The notes beneath the pieces were generated by a model that was not told where the DNA came from, made no database searches, and was given only the letters and a program-made list of their open reading frames with translations. From NCBI GenBank assembly GCA_977017575.1, contig CDRNVI010000088.1, positions 62,001 to 126,000 on the forward strand: 64,000 bases of DNA, in the 5' to 3' direction. A program made the translations under genes and the position numbers. Source of the stretch: Paramoeba atlantica. Its lineage: Eukaryota; Protista; Discosea. Within the stretch, counting starts at the first letter, position 1, and every line of letters begins with the position of its first letter. Below are positions 1 to 10,608 of this stretch, piece after piece.

Positions 1-419
1 TGCATCCGACACAGGGATTTCTGTACTGGTGGCCATGGGTGGTAATGTATGAGTGCTGCGAGATGAAGTTTGACTGCGGAAGCGGTTGAGTGAGAAAAAA
101 GGGGTGGGATGATGACGACGCGATAAATTGGAGAAGAGTAATCTGTGAAAGGACATCTATAAGCTATGTGCAAGTTATAATCATTTATTTTTAAGAGATT
201 GTGTACACAAGTGCCACGGAAAAAACAAAAATGGAGGACACTGTGTATTATCTGTAAGATTGTTTTGCTGCATTTTAGTTTAGAGCAGTAGAAATGGGTA
301 ATAAATGATGCATACTCTCAACGTATTTGAGCTTTTCTACTTCTCAACGTATTTTTTCGCTCCGCATTACTGCCGTTGTATGACCCAACACGTCACTTCA
401 TCTGCTACAAGAAGTCCAA

Positions 420-445
420 CTCTCTCTCTCTCTCTCTCTCTCTCT
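420..445. repeat. (CT)n microsatellite abutting the MAK16 stop codon
   Basis: Uninterrupted TC dinucleotide run of about 26 nt seen directly. Confidence 0.9.
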
Positions 446-1346
446 ACGCAAGCTGCGATTCCGCTAGTTGATCCTCCTCTGTCTCAAATTCCATTTCCTG
501 TCTTACGACGACCCTTTCGCGCTTAGTAGGAGTTGGTCGATCAGAGGGAGATGAACGTTTCTTTCCAGTACTCTTAGTGGCCTTTCTATTCTTTGGGTTC
601 TCAATAAGATCCTCAATGTCCCCTCCCGTGGTACGCTGCAACGCGTCAAGTTCCATTTCATCCTCTTCGCACCAATCTTGGTCAACGACATACCTACCCT
701 CAGCATCTTCCCTGTCCTCGAGGGCCTCCATTGCCTTCTGGTGCTCCGCCTCTTCCTCCTCCTGGATTAGATTCTCAAAAGCTTCAGTGTCGCAGTTCAC
801 AATGGTATCGTAGTGCCCCTCCTGTAACCGTTTCAACAGCTCGGTACGAATCGCTTGATCCGACTTGAGCGCGCGACCCGCCTTGCGCTCTCGAGCCTGG
901 AGACGTCGTTCTTCCTTTTTATGCACCCTCACCCACTCCGTGCCCTCCTCCATGGCCTCCGCCTTACGCTGACGAATGAGCATTTGGGTGAGTCGCAGCG
1001 CTCGTTGTTTACACTTGAGCCGCAGGGATTTGTCCCACCAGATTAAATGGGAGTCGATTTGTCGCAGCGCCTCGCGAAAGTCAGAGGGGAGTTCAATCTT
1101 TTCCCACAGGTAGAGTGGGGTGTGCGCCCTCTCGGCAGTCTTCATATAGAGATATAACTTTTTATCAAATTCCAGCACCGTGGCGTACTGGGCGTTTGCC
1201 AGGGGGCAGAACAACCGGGAGCAGGTCCCGGTGACATTGTAGGGGTTGCGACAGAGTGTGGTGCCCGTGTTGGTTTTGACTTTGTAGGAACAGAAGGAGT
1301 CTTTTCCGAGTCCAATGATGGACCAAATGGAGTCATCACATATCAT
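444..1346 (-). CDS. MAK16: MAK16 ribosome biogenesis protein
   Basis: N-terminal MxCDDxIW..FCSYKVKT..CRNPYNVTGxCSRxxCPLANAQYATV, KCKQRALRLTQ and acidic tail typical of Mak16. Confidence 0.95.
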   Translation of the reverse strand: MICDDSIWSIIGLGKDSFCSYKVKTNTGTTLCRNPYNVTGTCSRLFCPLANAQYATVLEFDKKLYLYMKTAERAHTPLYLWEKIELPSDFREALRQIDSHLIWWDKSLRLKCKQRALRLTQMLIRQRKAEAMEEGTEWVRVHKKEERRLQARERKAGRALKSDQAIRTELLKRLQEGHYDTIVNCDTEAFENLIQEEEEAEHQKAMEALEDREDAEGRYVVDQDWCEEDEMELDALQRTTGGDIEDLIENPKNRKATKSTGKKRSSPSDRPTPTKRERVVVRQEMEFETEEDQLAESQLA

Positions 1347-1917
1347 CGTAGGTGGAAAGGTACGAATAATAAGGATTAAGCTAGAGGGTTTCTGTTAGAT
1401 AGCAAATAGTAAACGTCGAGATATACTGCGGTGATAGTAAATAACCAAAGTTCTTTTTGTGAATTTTAAAAGAAATACAAAGACGTGAATATGTTTTGTT
1501 ACCAGATCCTGAATTTGATGGCGAAAAGAGAACCGCAGACAGGCAACCATTCCAATACCGTTTAGCAAAAAGGCCGATTCGCCAACATTCGAATGCGAAA
1601 CGTCGTTTATCCGCTCCTCATGGCATCACCGAAGAGGTAAAGGAATGCGGGTCCGAAGAATTCCTCTAGATCGCAGCGCATTCCACACAAGTGGAGCAAC
1701 AATACAAAGAGATGTGATGACGAGTCCCAGAAAATAGCTGAAGTAGGAATTAATTTCGGCGTGTACTGCAGACATGTTTAAAAAAGAATACAGTATAAAG
1801 GTACGTAGTCAATAAGTTGTGTAGTCAAATATCTCAGGTCCAGTGCATGTACGATTCATAAGGCGTACAATAAAAGGAAAGCGACAATACTATTCATCCG
1901 CGCTCATTTGCACACAT

Positions 1918-3453
1918 TTAAAAAACTTCCAAAAGTAAGACCATATCCATCATATTTAGTATAGAAGTTGCGAGTGTTGAACTCATTTTATCCGTGAGTG
2001 CCACATCGCTTGAGACATCCTTTTCGACTTTTAATCGAGAAAGCATGAGTCGTATCGTGTGGTACGTGCTCTGTAGCACTTGTGACATGCCATTTGTGTG
2101 ATTAATTCCCCAAAGAAGAAAGTCTTTAGGCGTTGCAGCAACACGCTGAGTACGCACGAAACCGCACTGCAGTAACTCAAACAGGTGACGTCTCACGACC
2201 TCAGGCGCAATCTTAGCGAGTTCCGATATCGCCATGTCTTCTAAAAATTTGTGCCGCGTGAGAAGGCGGAAAATTCGCAGTCCCTCCCGCTGAAAACGAC
2301 GCCGCAGAACACTCTCTGTGGCCTCAATACGCATCTCATCGCAGAGTTTTCGTAGATTTAAAGAGTACAGGGACTGGCCGGAGGAAGCCGAGAGCCGCGT
2401 CAGGTATTGCCCTGTTGCGGGAGAGGCGAGCCCTTGTAGCAAACTTTCCGTCTCCGGTCCGGACTGTTCGAAACTTTGTGCCAAAGAATGAGCCGCAATT
2501 GGCGTCGTGTCAGAGGGAAAAGGGGCAAAGCCCTCTGCGCTCTCCAGATGGTCCAACTGGGAGGCATCCAGTTCCATCATACGTCGCATGAACGTACGAG
2601 AAACGCTGTGATCCACAAAAAGCGTATCCACATAACCCAGAATAGCCTCACACCGAAGGTCATACAGAAACTGCATCAGATCCAGGCGATACAGTACCGA
2701 CCTTTCCTTATTCTCCGGGCGTTGTACCCGCCCTCCCGATTCACACCCCTCGGCGCTACTTGGCTCTGGACACCACCTTTTCACCAACGGTTCCCCCTCC
2801 AGATCCTCCTCACCGATCACCTCACACCCCTCCACCCCCCCAACGTTGGGGCTCCCCAACGACACAGCGAGACAGGGCACGATATAGCGCACACTCCCGC
2901 TCGTCATGTGGTGAAACGCCCCCATGTGGCTCGCGCGCTCCGCGGGGCTCGCGGTGGGGTAGCGCGAGGCGAGCTGCACCCGCAGCGCGCTCTCCGACAG
3001 CCGCCCGTGCTCCAGGAACAGCCCCGTGATGACCTCCCCGGGGACCCCGAGACGTTGCTGGGCGGCGTGCAGGAACCGCGCGTGGGCGAGTCGCAGGCAC
3101 GCCCGGGGGGCACTGAGCTCGAGGGTGCGGGGGGCGGTGGCCAGGAGGAGCAGGTTGTGTTGGAATAAGACCCCGAGGGCGACCAGGGCGGCGGCGGGGG
3201 AGAGGTTGTCGACGACAACGGCGTCCCGGAGGGGGAGGGGGAGGGGGGCGTGGAGGAGACGTCGTGCGACGGGGGTGACGGTGCCGCCGAAATGGGCGTC
3301 GATGACGTCGAGGGCGAGGAGAACCTTTTCGGAGGAAACGCTCATGGAATGAGAAGGGTAAAGTGTCGAAAGTGAAGGAAGAAGAAAAGCTAGGAAAGTT
3401 TTAATTTCTGCGTTTAATCGTTTTTCAAAAAGGGAGTGTGACGCCGTGGGCAT
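1918..3453 (-). CDS. RPC82: RNA polymerase III subunit RPC82/RPC62 (POLR3C)-like
   Basis: C-terminal winged helix ESVLRRRFQREGLRIFRLL..KFLEDMAISELAKI..VRRHLFELLQCGFVRTQ matches the RPC62/82 pattern; N-terminal repeated wHTH character. Confidence 0.7.
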   Translation of the reverse strand: MPTASHSLFEKRLNAEIKTFLAFLLPSLSTLYPSHSMSVSSEKVLLALDVIDAHFGGTVTPVARRLLHAPLPLPLRDAVVVDNLSPAAALVALGVLFQHNLLLLATAPRTLELSAPRACLRLAHARFLHAAQQRLGVPGEVITGLFLEHGRLSESALRVQLASRYPTASPAERASHMGAFHHMTSGSVRYIVPCLAVSLGSPNVGGVEGCEVIGEEDLEGEPLVKRWCPEPSSAEGCESGGRVQRPENKERSVLYRLDLMQFLYDLRCEAILGYVDTLFVDHSVSRTFMRRMMELDASQLDHLESAEGFAPFPSDTTPIAAHSLAQSFEQSGPETESLLQGLASPATGQYLTRLSASSGQSLYSLNLRKLCDEMRIEATESVLRRRFQREGLRIFRLLTRHKFLEDMAISELAKIAPEVVRRHLFELLQCGFVRTQRVAATPKDFLLWGINHTNGMSQVLQSTYHTIRLMLSRLKVEKDVSSDVALTDKMSSTLATSILNMMDMVLLLEVF

Positions 3454-3490
3454 TGCATCTCAAACTTTCAGATACGGGATTTTTGTACCA

Positions 3491-5002
3491 CTAAAATGAA
3501 AAAAGAGGCTTGAATGAGGTGTGGCAAGTATTAAACAAATGCTGTTTCCCTTCCGTAAGTGCGTCCACAGTAGCTAACGGAAGTTTTTCTCTACATTGTT
3601 CCGCCTCTAAATAAGATTTGAGTAACTCTACTTGTAAGTGATTTACTTCCTCAATCGAGATCTTGGTGGCATCCTCTATTAAGGGCAAAATGTATTCTAG
3701 AAGAGTTGGCACGTGGCCTAGATATTTAGGGAGACGTCGACACAAATAATTCAAGATTTTATAACGGGAAGCATCATCAGATACGTTTTTCCAACAATCC
3801 AGAAAATCGCGAACAAGAGAAATATCGGTCATCAAACCATGGACGTTTTGATCTTCCTCCAACAAATCCCCCGCAATTGCAGAAAGAAATTTTGCATGAA
3901 AATGCAGCAAGTCCCTAGCTACTGAAACTGTATGTGGAGAAAGGGAGGTGTGAGACTCTTTAAGAATTGCCCGTATCTCACGTGCAATAAGCTCTCTTCC
4001 GGGAGAGGGAAAAACAACGACAGCTGCTCGAAGTACTCTAGTACTGTGCGATTGTAATAAAAGCTTGTGTATGTTTCCTTTTATGGATTGTGCTAATCTT
4101 TTGAGAAGAAGATTCTTCCCTTTGCACCAGAATATGAGTTGCTCGCAAAATATTGAGGCATGTGAGACCGAGGCTTCGGCGACAAAGGTATGCTCAAGAG
4201 CACGAACGCAGCGTTCCAACACATCATTTTCTCTCTCTTTTCCCACAGTTTCAAATGCAACAGTCACACCCTTCATATCTCGAACCAGGGAAATAAAAGT
4301 GGACTCAATATCACTGAATGACCACGCTTTGGTTTTCCGGGTCCTATTGTATTCACTTACAAGAGCTTTTATGTCGGAACGTTCATCAATATCCATTGAG
4401 GTATCAACAGACTTCGCCATGTGAGACGCAAGTAGATCACTTTTATCAGACGAATTCATTTGTTGCATATATTTCTCATATGAGTCGTACTTTGTAAGAG
4501 ATTTTGGCGCGCCTTTTCTCCAATACTGCCAAGGGTCGCTTGCAGCAGAGAGCAGCGAACAAATATCAGCTCCCACAATCTCTGGCACGAGCGACACATC
4601 GGGTCGAGATGCCCAAGAATCCTGCAGTGTATCTGGTATCATCGAATCAACTCTTGTAATATCAATGCACGAGACACCCACCCATTTGATCTTAAAAATA
4701 TATTGCCAATGCTCTGGTAAAGGTAGTGACGTGTATTCCTGAGACAACTCGCCTCGAGGTTTAATTTGAGAAATCATGTGAGCATGGCCTATAGTGAAAT
4801 CCTTTAACAAATAAATCAGCACTATGAGATGGCCTTGCTGCCTTTGTAGATGAGTAATCTGTGAAAGAAGTGTGTCATCGAGAAGGGGAGCAATGCCCCA
4901 TTTCGAGGATTTCATTACGTCGGTCAAATCATGTTCGGTCACGGTAACGTAACTTGTTAAGTTAGTACCCTGAAGTGGTAACATGGATGTGGGCTCTGTC
5001 AT
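3491..5002 (-). CDS. Hypothetical protein, possible degenerate YTH-like N-terminus and helical C-terminus
   Basis: Long ORF on the cluster strand; likely ATG at 5002 (MTEPTS); HWQYIFKIKWV resembles the YTH FxVxW segment (weak). Confidence 0.6.
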   Translation of the reverse strand: MTEPTSMLPLQGTNLTSYVTVTEHDLTDVMKSSKWGIAPLLDDTLLSQITHLQRQQGHLIVLIYLLKDFTIGHAHMISQIKPRGELSQEYTSLPLPEHWQYIFKIKWVGVSCIDITRVDSMIPDTLQDSWASRPDVSLVPEIVGADICSLLSAASDPWQYWRKGAPKSLTKYDSYEKYMQQMNSSDKSDLLASHMAKSVDTSMDIDERSDIKALVSEYNRTRKTKAWSFSDIESTFISLVRDMKGVTVAFETVGKERENDVLERCVRALEHTFVAEASVSHASIFCEQLIFWCKGKNLLLKRLAQSIKGNIHKLLLQSHSTRVLRAAVVVFPSPGRELIAREIRAILKESHTSLSPHTVSVARDLLHFHAKFLSAIAGDLLEEDQNVHGLMTDISLVRDFLDCWKNVSDDASRYKILNYLCRRLPKYLGHVPTLLEYILPLIEDATKISIEEVNHLQVELLKSYLEAEQCREKLPLATVDALTEGKQHLFNTCHTSFKPLFSF

Positions 5003-5576
5003 TGCAGGATTTTGTAGGTAGTAATTAAATCGAATGATGTGAATTACTAAGTAACTTTCGCTACTTATAAACAGATAATGATTCATAACAGATAATGTCA
5101 TCTTCTTGTATACATGTAGAAGAATATACATGTATCATGAGCAGTGTGTAGTTTAAAGAAGTGAATGTCTTTCTACACCCATGACTATTCGATGCACTAA
5201 AACATTTAAGAAATAGCATGAGATCAAGAGAGACCTTTTCTGTCCCCCGAAACGCATATAATAGAAAAAAAGCAGCCAATAGAAGAGCGCTGTATATTTA
5301 GGCGCTATCGTGAGGCAAGCTAGAATAACTATGAATAATCATTGGTGTGTGAGAAGATTCTGCAGTGTCTATTCTAAAGTAGATCTAAAGTGAAATCTAC
5401 TGAAGTCATAGTGCATCCGCAAAAGAGCCCCTTTTTCCATGTCGGCTGTAACTCGCGTTCGGAAACTTAACTTTACAGGAATAAAGCACGGCTCTTTCTT
5501 TGTCGAACGGATGCATCCTTACGGGAAAGTAGGATGCACGCTCTATATTTATTCTGCTCTATTGCACACTTGGAAA

Positions 5577-7007
5577 CTACCCTGAGGGCTGGGACACCGG
5601 CACGAGCCGCCGTGGATGCAAAGAAGACTCAAAGAGCGAGAAAGCCTGGAGGACCTCCGACTCGGGTAGCGAGGAGAGTGCCATCTGAACTGCTGGGTGA
5701 CATGCCAGACGCTCAGCGGTGACCCGACAAGAGGGATCGAGAGTAAGACAGTCCTGTATGAGACGAACAAGGTTGGGGTCACGTACTTTGCTCTCAATGC
5801 TCGACAGCTCGGAAAGTCTCTCGGAACATGGGAGAGGGCACAGGTCCCCGGAGCCATCGGACATGAAACAGGACCGGGCGCGAGAGTGACAGCGTTCTGC
5901 CCAATCACGCGGGAGAGGACCATGTGTCACTTGCATCATATAAAGATGCTCCAGATCATCTTGGGTGTTGTACAACAATTTTCCTGTAACTATTTCATAT
6001 AAGATACAGCCCACGCTCCATATGTCTGCAGCATACGACCACCCAAGTCCTAAGATCACCTCTGGGGCCCGGTAGTGTCTCGTGGTAACCATTGTCCCCT
6101 TTGCGGCGTGCTTAGCGTCGCTACACCCGCCGAGGTCGCATATCCGTATCTTGAAAGTGGCAGGAAGACGAGCGCCCCGTGGCAAAGGTTCATCCAGTAA
6201 AATATTCTCAGGTTTCAAGTCGGTATGCACGTATCCCGCCTTTATGTGTAGAAAGTGAAGTGCATGCCCCAACTGTTGAGCAATTTGGGCAGCGTATGCC
6301 AAGGGCAGAGGACCGAAGCGGTGGGTAACGCTCAAATGAGATTTTCCATGCCGTGGCATAACAAGACACATGTTACCTTGAGAATGTACAAAGTATCTGC
6401 GCAATTGTACAAAGCCATATTCATCATATGGGTCAGCCCTTGCAATACGTTCCATATAGTGCGCCTCGATGCGAGCGTCTCTGGTATATTTTTCGGTGTG
6501 TCGCACTATCTTTATGGCGCAAAATTCGCGCTTCTGCCGATCCCATGCCTCTACAACTTTTCCGAAGGTACCGTGACCGAGATAACTAATAATCTTGTAT
6601 CTGTTCTGTTGATCAAGATTCTCCCCAAGAACTACATAGTAGTGCCCTTCATCTGTGGATTGATGAGGGACTGGAAAAGTCGCTTTCGGCTTTTTTCCTT
6701 CCTGGCCTTCGTGAGACTCAGAAATTTCATTGCTGTTTGCATTGATCAAGGTTGGTAAGCATTGCTTTTCCATTACTTGTCCTCCTATAGCCTTGTCATC
6801 CCCCGTCGGACTCCCAAGTTTATGCATTCTCTTGCGGTTTAAAACGGTTTCGGCATACGTTTTCCGATCAGATTCAGGAAAAGTGGTGGAGGACGAAGCT
6901 TGCAAATGTGCGCTAGAAGCGATTTTTAAGACAGCAGGTTGTGCTATAGCTTTATCTTTTCTGCATGAGACTGTTCCAGTTATCATTGTCTTATGCATTT
7001 TAGGCAA
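5577..7007 (-). CDS. CLK/LAMMER protein kinase, kinetoplastid KKT10/KKT19 type (copy 1)
   Basis: EGHYYVVLGE, GHGTFGKV, HTDLKPENILL, RICDLGGC, TRHYRAPEVILGLGW, EHLYMM (LAMMER motif). Confidence 0.9.
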   Translation of the reverse strand: MPKMHKTMITGTVSCRKDKAIAQPAVLKIASSAHLQASSSTTFPESDRKTYAETVLNRKRMHKLGSPTGDDKAIGGQVMEKQCLPTLINANSNEISESHEGQEGKKPKATFPVPHQSTDEGHYYVVLGENLDQQNRYKIISYLGHGTFGKVVEAWDRQKREFCAIKIVRHTEKYTRDARIEAHYMERIARADPYDEYGFVQLRRYFVHSQGNMCLVMPRHGKSHLSVTHRFGPLPLAYAAQIAQQLGHALHFLHIKAGYVHTDLKPENILLDEPLPRGARLPATFKIRICDLGGCSDAKHAAKGTMVTTRHYRAPEVILGLGWSYAADIWSVGCILYEIVTGKLLYNTQDDLEHLYMMQVTHGPLPRDWAERCHSRARSCFMSDGSGDLCPLPCSERLSELSSIESKVRDPNLVRLIQDCLTLDPSCRVTAERLACHPAVQMALSSLPESEVLQAFSLFESSLHPRRLVPVSQPSG

Positions 7008-7169
7008 AGAAATTGTGAGTATGAACTGAAAAAGACGATATCTAAGGCTTTGATATACGAAAAATTAATTAAAAAAGACTCTTCCATTGTTATTGTATTA
7101 TACAATAAAGGTATATTATTTATTAAAGGTAGATTATAGAATATGAGACACGTATTGAATAATATTTAA

Positions 7170-7927
7170 TATTATATTTTCACCCCCCGCTCCTACCCCA
7201 GTTAGCGCAACCCGCGACGGTACCAATCCTGTACCGCCGCTTGCACTATCTGGGCATTGCCCCTCTGGATGGCTACTCCCATAGCCATCAGAAGGTGAGA
7301 GAGACATCCGGCCCTGTCGGACGTGTGTGCTCTGGCCACCCTATTGAGAAAATTGAGGGTCTCTGGGCCAGGCACCCCATAGGTGGTGAAGGCCAGGGGG
7401 AAAAAATCCATCCCTCTGGCGGCCGCCATCTCGTCATGGGCGCGGCGCTTGTTGCCTTCCGCCATCCTCAGTGTAGCAGAGGGATGGGCGGCCTCCTTAT
7501 CTACGTAGGACGGGGCCAGCGGGTTGACCACGGTGACGTCCACAAGGGCGAGCTTCCGGCCCAGTTGGAAGCATATGTCAGGGCCTCGACCGTTGTCAAA
7601 CCTGGGTTCGCAAAGGTCTGGGGAGAAACCATAGTTGATTAGGAGGTTTCGGAAGGTTTCCTTAACTACTTTATGTCGGGAGGCTTGGGTCTTGCCTCTG
7701 ACCTTCTTGCAGTCCAGCGCGTGGACGCAAAAATCCTCGTTCCTGAGGGTGGCGCCGCACACGCACTGTAGTTCAGGTTCGGAGGTCGGGGAGACCAAGT
7801 ACCGAAGGCGGGCCGCTGTTTCCCACTCGGGGTCCCGCATGTAGTATTGTATTCTTCTGTGCATCGCTTGATTCTTTTCGTTTCCCTGGACAGGCGTTTG
7901 TAGATACGCAACATGGATGAACGACCT
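7170..7927 (-). mobile_element. 5'-truncated CRE/SLACS-like non-LTR retrotransposon (C-terminal CCHC + REL endonuclease only)
   Basis: AARLR..CVCG..HALDC..SRHKVV..GPDI..LVDVTVVNP..AEGNKRRAH..FFPLAFTTYG..AIQRGNA; frame open from 7927 to stop at 7202; short G-rich 3' UTR followed by AT-rich tail; no RT domain. Confidence 0.8.
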
Positions 7928-7973
7928 TCAAGTGTTTCTTATGTCTAGAAAAATGAATTTTAATAATCGAACT

Positions 7974-8864
7974 TTAGGATTTCATATTACCAAGCTGCGA
8001 GGCTTCACTCTCTCGAAGGAGCGTGCTGCTGATAAAGGAATGCGTACTATTATCTGCATTTTTCAGACGTTTTACCATCGGAACAGTAATAACATCCAAA
8101 GGAAACAGGCCAAAACAAATTCTTTGTTCATTGATCATGTTTGCTGTTTTCGTAGTCTCAGGAGTAACTACAATAGCTTCCAATTCTTTATTTCGATCTG
8201 TACCACCAAAAGGATCTACAAGCTCAATAACATTCACTTCCAGATCACATCTTAAATCTTTTAGGAAACGTTGAACCTGAGAGGCCCGAATTGGCCACTG
8301 TTGAATTTTCTCAAAGTGCTTTTTCCCCAGCAGAAGTGGCCCAGACGTTACGCCTACATGAAGGTTCCCAGTCGTAATAAGAGCGGCAGTTGTTAGCAGA
8401 AGTTTATGTCCCTCATGTAGGCGATCAAAGGTACCACCCACAGCGACAAAATCATAAAACTTCGGAAGGCTGTTTCGTGCATTAAAATAAGATGACACTA
8501 AGGTATTATTTTCGTTGCAGTTCTGTTCAATGCAAAATGCTTTTTCAAGATAATCTTTTGGCTTAGTCAACCGAAACTGTCTTCGGAATTCGTCTATTGA
8601 TAGGGATGTCCACGCAGGATCGTGCTTCTTACAAAATAAATGAGTACGTTTTGTAACCGGAAAGAAAGTCCGTGCCCTCCCCCCCGTATCAAGTGTTTGA
8701 CAATATAGATAATGAAGAATCCGTATAGTGCATCGTAAACAACACTGCGATACGTCTATGTACGAGACTAGAGAATCGTGCTCTGGAACTTCAAATGTTC
8801 CAGTATCGGCTCCAAAAAAATGTGTGGCGCATCTTATAAAATGAAGAACCAGTACGGTGTCCAT
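7974..8864 (-). CDS. Phosphopantetheine adenylyltransferase (CoA synthesis, cytidylyltransferase fold)
   Basis: VAVGGTFDRLHEGHKLLL (HxGH), GVTSGPLL, DPFGG, IVVTPET, INxxR; likely ATG at 8864. Confidence 0.9.
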   Translation of the reverse strand: MDTVLVLHFIRCATHFFGADTGTFEVPEHDSLVSYIDVSQCCLRCTIRILHYLYCQTLDTGGRARTFFPVTKRTHLFCKKHDPAWTSLSIDEFRRQFRLTKPKDYLEKAFCIEQNCNENNTLVSSYFNARNSLPKFYDFVAVGGTFDRLHEGHKLLLTTAALITTGNLHVGVTSGPLLLGKKHFEKIQQWPIRASQVQRFLKDLRCDLEVNVIELVDPFGGTDRNKELEAIVVTPETTKTANMINEQRICFGLFPLDVITVPMVKRLKNADNSTHSFISSTLLRESEASQLGNMKS

Positions 8865-9198
8865 TTGGGCAATATTTTCCGTAACGTTCTCCCCGGAACC
8901 CACAAAAATAAGGAACTGATGCGTCGTCAATAAAAGCTAATCTTTATTGTCGGAGGTATTCACAGAATGCGTACCAAAGAGTGTACCTTTATTGCCAATA
9001 ATGAAGAGTGCTCGATGACGATTTTCGACTTCCGATCCTGAACCGCAATGAACGGAAAAAACTGATCTTCCATAATTTCTAACAGCGTCCTATGTGTGTT
9101 AGTTAGGAGTGCAGCTCCGTACTATGGCTATAGCGTATGAAAATTTCAGTGAAAAGGGAATTTGTTTATAATTGTTTTTATAAACCACTGTTACCGAG

Positions 9199-9258
9199 TA
9201 ATATTCCTGGTAGGAATATTAAGAGGGTATAGGAATATTACGAGGTATAGGAATATTA
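9199..9258. repeat. AGGAATATTA x3 direct repeats plus one inverted copy (10-bp hairpin)
   Basis: TAATATTCCT at 9199-9208; AGGAATATTA at 9212, 9231, 9249. Confidence 0.8.
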
Positions 9259-9261
9259 AAA

Positions 9262-9362
9262 ACATTTTTTTACTTTTTTTTTGTAATACCCCCCCTGAAC
9301 TCCCCGCCCAGCTATCCCCGTACACCGCGGCGGTACCAGTCTTGTACGGCCGCCTGCACGAG
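9262..9362 (-). mobile_element. About 100-bp 3' remnant of a CRE-like retrotransposon with A-rich tail
   Basis: Minus strand 9362-9312 encodes LVQAAVQDWYRRGVRG*, matching IVQAAVQDWYRRGLR* at the end of the 7202 ORF; G-rich UTR then ACAAAAAAAAAGTAAAAAAA. Confidence 0.85.
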
Positions 9363-9736
9363 TATTAGTTGGTAATTCTGATTGATTTTTTGGTTCATCT
9401 GATTTTAACCTTCGGTGCTGCCTCTCTTTGTATATCTATGCAATACTTCGGGGTTCCAAGGCCATTGGGCGCGCGCAAAGGATATTTCAAAACTGCGGAA
9501 GGTGATCCGATTAAGAGGGGGGGCACGAGTCTGTGGTGATCGGCAGAATATGGCAGAAATGAGCAATAATCTGCTGTTAACGAGGACTGCAGCGGAGAAA
9601 AAATGTCCCATGTGGAAAAAAATTCGGCGTCGCTTCGCGACGTAACTCCTCAGTTACTTGTGCGTGACATCCAGCATGTACCTTGTGCTAAAAACTGTTT
9701 TTTGCCAAAAAAGTAAGAAAATTATGTTAGATATGT

Positions 9737-10446
9737 GAGGGGCTGCGGGTCGCGAGGTTTCACGAGGTTTCGCGAGGTTTCACCGAGGTTTCGCATGCAC
9801 AATAATTTTGTAGGGGTGATCACCGGAAAATAATGATTATATAAGCCTTTTATTATATTTATGTACACACATACTGTACCCCCTTAGTTATCAGTCACCC
9901 CCCCCCTAGTTATCAGTCACTTTTGGGCACTTCGATTTTTTTTTCGTCCACCGCCCCCCTAGATATCTGTCACATTTTAAAAATAGTAATTTTAATAATT
10001 AAAGTTAAATAGTATAGAGTAAAGCAATTGTAAGACAAAGAACTCCTTTTTCACGTCTTCTGACCCTTTTGAAAAATAAAAGATGCGGTGCAGATTGTAT
10101 TGGTTCTCATGTATGGATCATTGTGTGTGAATCCTCAGTATGAGTATGCCACATACATTAATAGATCTCTTAAAAATTTCAATGAAGAGAACGAATGCCT
10201 GTGTAGTCGTGATTGTGGCGTTGCTGAACCGATTTTTGAAAGACGTTTTGAAGATTTGAAAGATTATTGCTGTATTTCTATTATAAATTTTATTTATTTG
10301 CTGAGGTGTTGGACGACAAACATTTGGGCATGGCTTTGGGGGATTTTAACTGGGTTTCGCGAGGTTTCACCGAGGTTTCACGAGGTTTCACCGAGGTTTC
10401 ACCGAGGTTTCGCGAGATTTCACCGAGGTTTCACCCGCAGCCCCTC
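9737..10446. mobile_element. 710-bp non-autonomous TIR element (14-bp TIR GAGGGGCTGCGGGT, ATGT flanks)
   Basis: Perfect 14-bp inverted repeats at 9737-9750 and 10433-10446; ATGT at 9733-36 and 10447-50; subterminal GAGGTTTC arrays (4 left, 6 plus variants right). Confidence 0.8.
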
Positions 10447-10608
10447 ATGTGTTAAAAGTCTTAAATTTCTAGTATTTGCCTTGTTTTGATTGCAGTTCGA
10501 GAGCTTACTTCGTCACATGGTTTCTTTTTTATGTGCACCAAGCCTCACACCATGATACGTGATGAGGTCGAGGATTGACTTTGCAATGCCTTCCTCGCGA
10601 AGCGTCAC

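Noticed and set aside
17-28. TTTCTGTACT partial SL-like word near the window start
   Set aside because: Only about 10 nt match, it is not followed by an SL-like end or ORF, and it is expected by chance.
5328-5412. Possible C/D snoRNA (ACT-ATGAATA ... CTGA-AGT)
   Set aside because: The C box has two mismatches, it lies on the strand opposite the cluster, and no rRNA complementarity could be verified.
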